20,000 nt of DNA, from positions 46,747 to 66,746 of the IMG/VR virus record IMGVR_UViG_3300029825_000005; one strand, written 5' to 3'. Each line of letters opens with the position of its first letter. The stretch's first letter is position 1. Source of the DNA: an uncultured virus (IMG/VR IMGVR_UViG_3300029825_000005). Lineage: Duplodnaviria; Heunggongvirae; Uroviricota; Caudoviricetes. Of this stretch, positions 16,301 to 20,000 are shown piece after piece. Under the pieces are notes generated by a model. It saw nothing but the letters and a program-made list of their open reading frames with translations. It ran no database searches and was not told the origin of the DNA. A program made the position numbers and the translations under genes.

Positions 16301-16984
16301 GGCTCACTCCCTGGTTACACTCACGACTTTACTACAGCAGGGTGGGTGGAGACCTCTTGGATTGACTTTGAAGTCAAGTCAATTGACAAGTATTTTCATT
16401 CTGTGACAATATTCTCAGACTACACAGGAGATGTGAAATCTGGCAATGAGTACAAACTGTCCGTATATTTCAAAGTAGACGGCGATATAGATTGGACTCA
16501 CGCAGGAGACGTAAAAGCATCAGAATATATTAATGGCAAGTTCGAGATAGGCATCAAAGAGCTGCCCATTAAATATGGCAGCAAAAGTGTCAGTGGAAAG
16601 AAAATAAAATTCAGGGTGAAGATGATGCCACAAGCCAGCAAATACGAATCGCCCAGGCTAAAGGCTATTGTAGTGAATGGCATACTACGATTGCCGTCTA
16701 AGCGCACCTGGAACTTCAACTTTTTGGTAGACCCAGAAGTTGATTTGAATGATAAGCCAATTCATGATAAGACTGGTGTGCTGCTTTATTGGCTAAACAA
16801 GTGGGCTAATAGTAAAACCTACGCTGTTCCACTAACCATGAGGACAAACGACTATTCCAGTGATGACGTACAAGTGATGATTGACCCAGCGTCTATCACA
16901 ACTTATGATGTTCTTCCTGACACAAATGCGTCTAAGAACAAAAACTATAAGCACATAGGCTCGCTGACACTCTATGAAGTTTGA
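13328..16984 (+). CDS. Large virion structural protein, probable tail nozzle (beta-propeller) with inserted domains
   Basis: RBS GGGAG at 13316-13320. 1218 aa, mostly beta-strand-like and rich in Y/W/G/T. C-terminal GWVETSWIDF...DKYFHSV...KKIKFRV...SPRLKAI pattern resembles podovirus nozzle/stabilisation proteins. Follows the adaptor-like gene. Confidence 0.6.
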   Translation: MPLIPELRSSVPDVGITAVSPSHDIKLSDENGNSVGLIFCDRNGKRNPLGVNSGYMPRSPMRISTGSTGYSDQEPPFITEVQSTWVGGRAQADLSTDRTRFADSFRLDTTKQYPICAPAVIAQQGTGSANGVEYLTGTPGFNYPTGKPSMCLYPPSAAARVVNGFTLELGYDAGPVTFYYKAIVSATMPTYTDYDAATDYTDSVYVPRPDGSMTYLPITPLVVPANTNLWLLVFGTDGGSFNTVRDVHDVPGASIYEKAAGSNEWGDKQDKYCFYGWVHYDEEYDSIFFEYRKQMYVVMSTLEKNKSELYMNGYRGYCSSNSADLTKTNIYATGLQTNELADCIIYLIAGPGSQERRPWRKVVSNTMLGVCVMDKPWNIPHTVDTEYVVLGLNKWQHIPALDELADRQSSLFTSAVKTVAVVGDYVVFGFGTSRTLVYFKVSKTAIGSSYYIKNDFAADAHYADVLTSITDKFGVTRLWRGVGAKVDCAIAKTWASPYTSPPSLTFDINYEQREHLYLMRDRLYVDLYKDLLEKNKSLSDLDRQKNDLITECKQIIGSSAGSKIGTPGTYSYHDGTSTVNVDSYLKVANANYATADDTITGLKRTFDDLTLEHNRILAEYAAMTDDEKEVAEYRDEDIFIEKSRIAGLKAGTWAITSPTYTFANEGIAHGAYFGSSTPIAGTDLADAISEYADANADVRELTDRAYAIIGTGTIASPGTDSELKRVVDDIAFETARLTYESDEHNAIYRQILDLTYQISDDDDTDVEDTDTAEISGLLAAHTDRDNWVNAKYLPSYLYVGETTDKVTNIVGYGEPKIPYILKDSGFGSISDGVYAELPIGEMKSVKSIINGTAAMQFGVYLYFNLEGGMVERYYDQRLDDVGPNRDEGLPADRQGEITKLLPYPGRYYAAVDAGSDGYSSILCNNLLGEYSWHEIWRSTTLGDQIYDVYVQAIPGFNEVDRLWIATTESIIAVPIAITPVNQYKYEYFGYDGSLPGYTHDFTTAGWVETSWIDFEVKSIDKYFHSVTIFSDYTGDVKSGNEYKLSVYFKVDGDIDWTHAGDVKASEYINGKFEIGIKELPIKYGSKSVSGKKIKFRVKMMPQASKYESPRLKAIVVNGILRLPSKRTWNFNFLVDPEVDLNDKPIHDKTGVLLYWLNKWANSKTYAVPLTMRTNDYSSDDVQVMIDPASITTYDVLPDTNASKNKNYKHIGSLTLYEV

Positions 16985-16990
16985 GAAATT

Positions 16991-17467
16991 ATGACAAGAG
17001 ATAAGCTAAGTGGCGTATACATCATAACTAATACTGTAAATGGGAATAGATACATTGGCAGTAGCATTGACATTCATCGTAGATGGTGGCAGCATCGCAG
17101 CCAACTTTGTAAAGGCACTCACGGCAATCAAATCTTACAACGCGCATGGGATAAGTACGGTGAGAGTAGCTTTGAGTTCTCTATCCTACTGCTCTGCTCT
17201 GAGACTGATACATTGCTAAATGAACAGCAATGCTTAGATACATTCCATCCAGAGTACAACATCTGTATTAGTGTTACGGCTTCTATGTTGGGTCGGAAGT
17301 TCTCTGAAGAACATCGCCACAAGATAGGGGAAGCTAATAGACGAAGGATTTTGTCTGAAGAAACTAAGGCTAAAATTAGTGCGAGTAAAAAAGGTGTAAG
17401 ACTCCCTCCGCGTACAGAAGAACACTGCGCTAAGATAAGCGCTGCTAAACGGAGGTCTAATGGCTGA
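16991..17467 (+). CDS. Free-standing GIY-YIG homing endonuclease with NUMOD3 repeats
   Basis: SGVYIITN..NGNRYIGSS...RRW.QH...H.N..LQRAWDKYG...EQ...YNI catalytic domain, followed by three NUMOD3-like motifs (FSEEHRHKIGEA, LSEETKAKISAS, RTEEHCAKISAA). Confidence 0.93.
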   Translation: MTRDKLSGVYIITNTVNGNRYIGSSIDIHRRWWQHRSQLCKGTHGNQILQRAWDKYGESSFEFSILLLCSETDTLLNEQQCLDTFHPEYNICISVTASMLGRKFSEEHRHKIGEANRRRILSEETKAKISASKKGVRLPPRTEEHCAKISAAKRRSNG

Positions 17468-17813
17468 CGAGCTTACCGTTCACGGTATAAAAGTTGATTC
17501 CATCAACGAATACAACGTGGCTAAGGCATTAGACAAGCTGGGCTATGAGTATGCTTATCAGAAGTATCTCGGAGTTAGCGGTATCCGAGGTACTTCTATT
17601 ATTGACTTTTTGGTTTACACCGTGCCTAAACCGACACCGCTGTTCGTTCATGGTGCTTACTGGCACGGTGGTCAATATGCTCTTACCTCAAAACTTCAGG
17701 AACAATTCATCAACGCAAAAATGAAGGGCACTTGGGCTATGGCTGTTATTGTTTGGGAATACGAATGCGAAACTGAAGAGATGGCATATCAAACACTACA
17801 AAGCAAGCTGTAA
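17460..17813 (+). CDS. Vsr/DUF559-like PD-(D/E)XK endonuclease
   Basis: RBS GGAGG at 17451-17455. NE..V..AL..LG..Y..Q...IDFLV...LFVHGAYWHG...IVWEYE parallels the Vsr FVHGCFWH and VWECE motifs. Confidence 0.75.
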   Translation: MADELTVHGIKVDSINEYNVAKALDKLGYEYAYQKYLGVSGIRGTSIIDFLVYTVPKPTPLFVHGAYWHGGQYALTSKLQEQFINAKMKGTWAMAVIVWEYECETEEMAYQTLQSKL

Positions 17814-17821
17814 AGGAAAAT

Positions 17822-18730
17822 ATGATAACGAGTAAACAGATAGGCGCAGTGACTATGATTGACCACGACTATAGCAACGGAGATAACGTAGGGCTTATGT
17901 ACCTTACATCGGACCTGCACATAGATAGCGTATATTGTAATAGAGACAAGTTATTGGCTGATTTTGAGGAGGCAAAAAATCGGAACGCATACATAATGCT
18001 GTTTGGAGACATTTTTGATGCGATGCAAGGCAAGTTTGACCCACGCAGAAGCATGGATGAACTCCGACCAGAGTATAGAAAGGCTAATTATTACGACATT
18101 GTAATCCAGGATGTAGCTAAGATATTGAAGCCTTATGCTGAAAACATTTTACTGATTTCTCCAGGCAACCATGAAACCGCTGTGCTGAAAAACGCTTCTA
18201 TCTCTATGATAGACAGGCTTGTTTATACGCTGAACCTTGAGCACGGCGGTCACGTCTTGCAAGGTGGATATGGTGGCTGGGTGCGTATCAATGCGCATCG
18301 TGGCACTCATGGTGGCAGGCACTCTGTAAAAATGAAGTACCATCACGGTTTTGGCGGTGATGCCCCTGTGACAAGGGGCGTTATTCATACTAACAGACAA
18401 AGCGTTTACATAAAAGACGCTGACATCATTGTAAATGGTCACAACCATAACGCTTACTACGTTCCTATTGTGAGCGAATCTTTAACTAATAATGGCACTG
18501 TAATCTTTCAAACTACCCACCACATCCGCACGCCAGGATACAAACAAGAATATGGCGATGGCAGCAAGGGCTGGGCTGTTGAGAAGGGCTTTGTGCCTAA
18601 GCCAATAGGTGGCGCTTTTGTACAATACACATTGGTTGACAATGGGTTAAGAAAAGGGAAACCTAAAGAGCTTTATGCGGATATACGAGTTGCGCCACAT
18701 ATACATTCTCCAGAATATTTTGATATATAA
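17822..18730 (+). CDS. Calcineurin-like metallophosphoesterase
   Basis: All five metal-binding motifs are present in order: SDLH, GDIFD, GNHE, HHG, GHNH. RBS AAAGGA upstream. Confidence 0.9.
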   Translation: MITSKQIGAVTMIDHDYSNGDNVGLMYLTSDLHIDSVYCNRDKLLADFEEAKNRNAYIMLFGDIFDAMQGKFDPRRSMDELRPEYRKANYYDIVIQDVAKILKPYAENILLISPGNHETAVLKNASISMIDRLVYTLNLEHGGHVLQGGYGGWVRINAHRGTHGGRHSVKMKYHHGFGGDAPVTRGVIHTNRQSVYIKDADIIVNGHNHNAYYVPIVSESLTNNGTVIFQTTHHIRTPGYKQEYGDGSKGWAVEKGFVPKPIGGAFVQYTLVDNGLRKGKPKELYADIRVAPHIHSPEYFDI

Positions 18731-18748
18731 TAAAAGTGAGGAAATAAT

Positions 18749-20000
18749 ATGACCAACTATCCATACGGAATCGACATCAGCCATTGGCAAGGCACTGGGC
18801 TGGACTACAACCGAATGAAAGCCAATACCTCTTTCGTTTTTGTCAAAGCAACCGAATCCTGGGGTTATACCGACCCCACGTTCTACGCAAACTGGACTGG
18901 ATTAGTGGGGCACAACCGAGGCGCATACTGCTACGTCTGGCTAAGTGACGACCCACTACGACAGGCTAACTACCTGATTGACATAGTGACGCAGGCAGGC
19001 GTGGACTGGAAGTATGACCGGCTGGTACTCGACCTTGAACTCTCTGGTCACGGATTATCAAAGGCTGAAGTCTCGAGACGCGTACTCGTTATGATGGAAC
19101 GCATCAAAGACGTGACTGGCAGATACCCAATTTTGTACTCTCGCAAGTATTGGCTACAGGACAATATGCTTTTGACCGACCCACGACTTATCAACGCCGA
19201 CTGGTGGCTGGCGTATTATCGGACAGCACTCCCTTATCCACTATACACGCCAGAGATGTCACCGCCACCGTTGTTACCCACAGGCGTGAACAAATGGCTG
19301 TTTCATCAGACTTGCGAAAAAGGCAAGGGGCGTGAGGTTGGGGTTGGCAGTTACTACGTTGACCAGAACCGCTTTAACGGAACAATCGCTGAATTAAACG
19401 CCTTTTTTGGGCGTACAGAGGAAGCCACAGACCCAGAACCGCTTTACAGTGTGCGGGTGAACAACATTGCACCCGACCGGCTGAACGTCAGGAATGCGCC
19501 AAATGGAACAATTATCGGCAAGTTGCAATCCGGCGATATTGTACCCGTCTGGCAGGTTCAGAACGGCTGGCTGCGGATTGGTGATGGCAAGTGGATTGCG
19601 GAGCGTTACACGACACGAGTTGATGACACCCCGCCAACCCCGCCTGTTTCGACTGGTTACGTTTACTTCGGACCCGTCTACAACCAACGAGACATTCGTT
19701 GGGCTTCACATCCGCTGGGCACTAAGAGCACAATCGGCGCTAATGGCTGTTTGATGACTTGCGCTTCTATGGTCTGCAACTACTTCGGGCACGCTTCTAA
19801 CCCGCTCCAGTTGAATCAATGGCTCACGGACAATCAGGGTTACTTGGACGGCAACCTGTTTTTGTGGGCTGCGATTGAGCGGCTCTATCCCGACATGAAA
19901 TTTAACGGGTTCGTTTACTCGCCAACCACCGCGCAAATCAGGGCGGCAATTATAGCTGGCGTGCTACCCATCATGTACGTGGACTTTGACGACTCAACGC
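18749..20000 (+). CDS. Endolysin: GH25 muramidase + SH3b + C39-like peptidase domain (3'-truncated; absent from ORF track)
   Basis: Translated by hand from ATG 18749 (GAGG upstream): MTNYPYGIDISHWQG...FVFVKATE...LVLDLE...PILYS...WWLAYY...WLFHQ...VDQNRF (GH25); LNVRNAPNGTIIGKL..GD.V.V....NGWLRIG.GKWI (SH3b); YNQRDIRW....LG...TIG.NGCLMTCASM (C39-like). No stop codon before the window end. Confidence 0.92.
   Translation, partial: MTNYPYGIDISHWQGTGLDYNRMKANTSFVFVKATESWGYTDPTFYANWTGLVGHNRGAYCYVWLSDDPLRQANYLIDIVTQAGVDWKYDRLVLDLELSGHGLSKAEVSRRVLVMMERIKDVTGRYPILYSRKYWLQDNMLLTDPRLINADWWLAYYRTALPYPLYTPEMSPPPLLPTGVNKWLFHQTCEKGKGREVGVGSYYVDQNRFNGTIAELNAFFGRTEEATDPEPLYSVRVNNIAPDRLNVRNAPNGTIIGKLQSGDIVPVWQVQNGWLRIGDGKWIAERYTTRVDDTPPTPPVSTGYVYFGPVYNQRDIRWASHPLGTKSTIGANGCLMTCASMVCNYFGHASNPLQLNQWLTDNQGYLDGNLFLWAAIERLYPDMKFNGFVYSPTTAQIRAAIIAGVLPIMYVDFDDST

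Larger units (their letters stand above)
1..20000 (+). mobile_element. Bacteriophage/prophage virion morphogenesis and lysis region (podovirus-like late operon)
   Basis: 14 consecutive + strand CDSs with short gaps or overlaps, including a recognisable capsid protein, endolysin and homing endonuclease. No host housekeeping genes, tape measure or sheath genes seen. Free phage versus prophage cannot be decided from this window. Confidence 0.93.

Noticed and set aside
16982..16993. Tail gene TGA in frame with the GIY-YIG ATG (TGA GAA ATT ATG): possible fusion or group I intron
   Set aside because: Being in frame is a one-in-three chance, there is no non-coding space for an intron core, and neither neighbouring gene looks split.
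17405..17455. CCTCCG able to pair with CGGAGG and sequester the RBS of the Vsr-like gene
   Set aside because: Only 6 bp across a ~40-nt loop, which is compatible with chance.
256..18448. Many minus-strand and short alternative-frame ORFs in the track, e.g. 3165-3956 (263 aa)
   Set aside because: All lie within well-supported + strand genes, are Ser/Leu/Phe-rich antisense shadows and have no recognisable motifs.
19150..19936. Five short ORFs listed by the track at the right end
   Set aside because: They overlap the endolysin frame starting at 18749, which has clear domain motifs and was omitted only because it has no stop codon in the window.
1..20000. CRISPR arrays, tRNA/rRNA genes, DGR template/variable repeats, integrase or att sites
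   Set aside because: Intergenic gaps are 60 nt or shorter, and no repeat arrays, reverse transcriptase or recombinase were seen.

Overview
The whole window is one co-directional (+ strand), tightly packed bacteriophage (or prophage) late/virion operon of podovirus-like type. Gene order: a giant 5'-truncated (>2590 aa) polyvalent internal-virion/ejection-type protein with a HExxH zincin-like domain and a DdrB-like ParB domain; a probable scaffolding protein; an SU10/DUF5309-type major capsid protein with a Thr/Ser-rich inserted domain; a strong hairpin; a four-gene overlapping cassette (Zn-ribbon protein, GT-A/GT2-like glycosyltransferase, degenerate SAM-methyltransferase-like protein, multi-pass GT-C glycosyltransferase); a probable head-tail adaptor; a 1218-aa probable tail nozzle with several inserted domains; a free-standing GIY-YIG/NUMOD3 homing endonuclease; a Vsr/DUF559-like nuclease; a calcineurin-like metallophosphoesterase; and a 3'-truncated GH25-SH3b-C39-like endolysin that the ORF track missed. 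The best candidate for an undescribed system is the glycosylation cassette, including a membrane GT-C enzyme, wedged between capsid and adaptor genes. GATC and GGCC are almost absent from the window. All family calls come from recognising motifs by eye; no database search was run.
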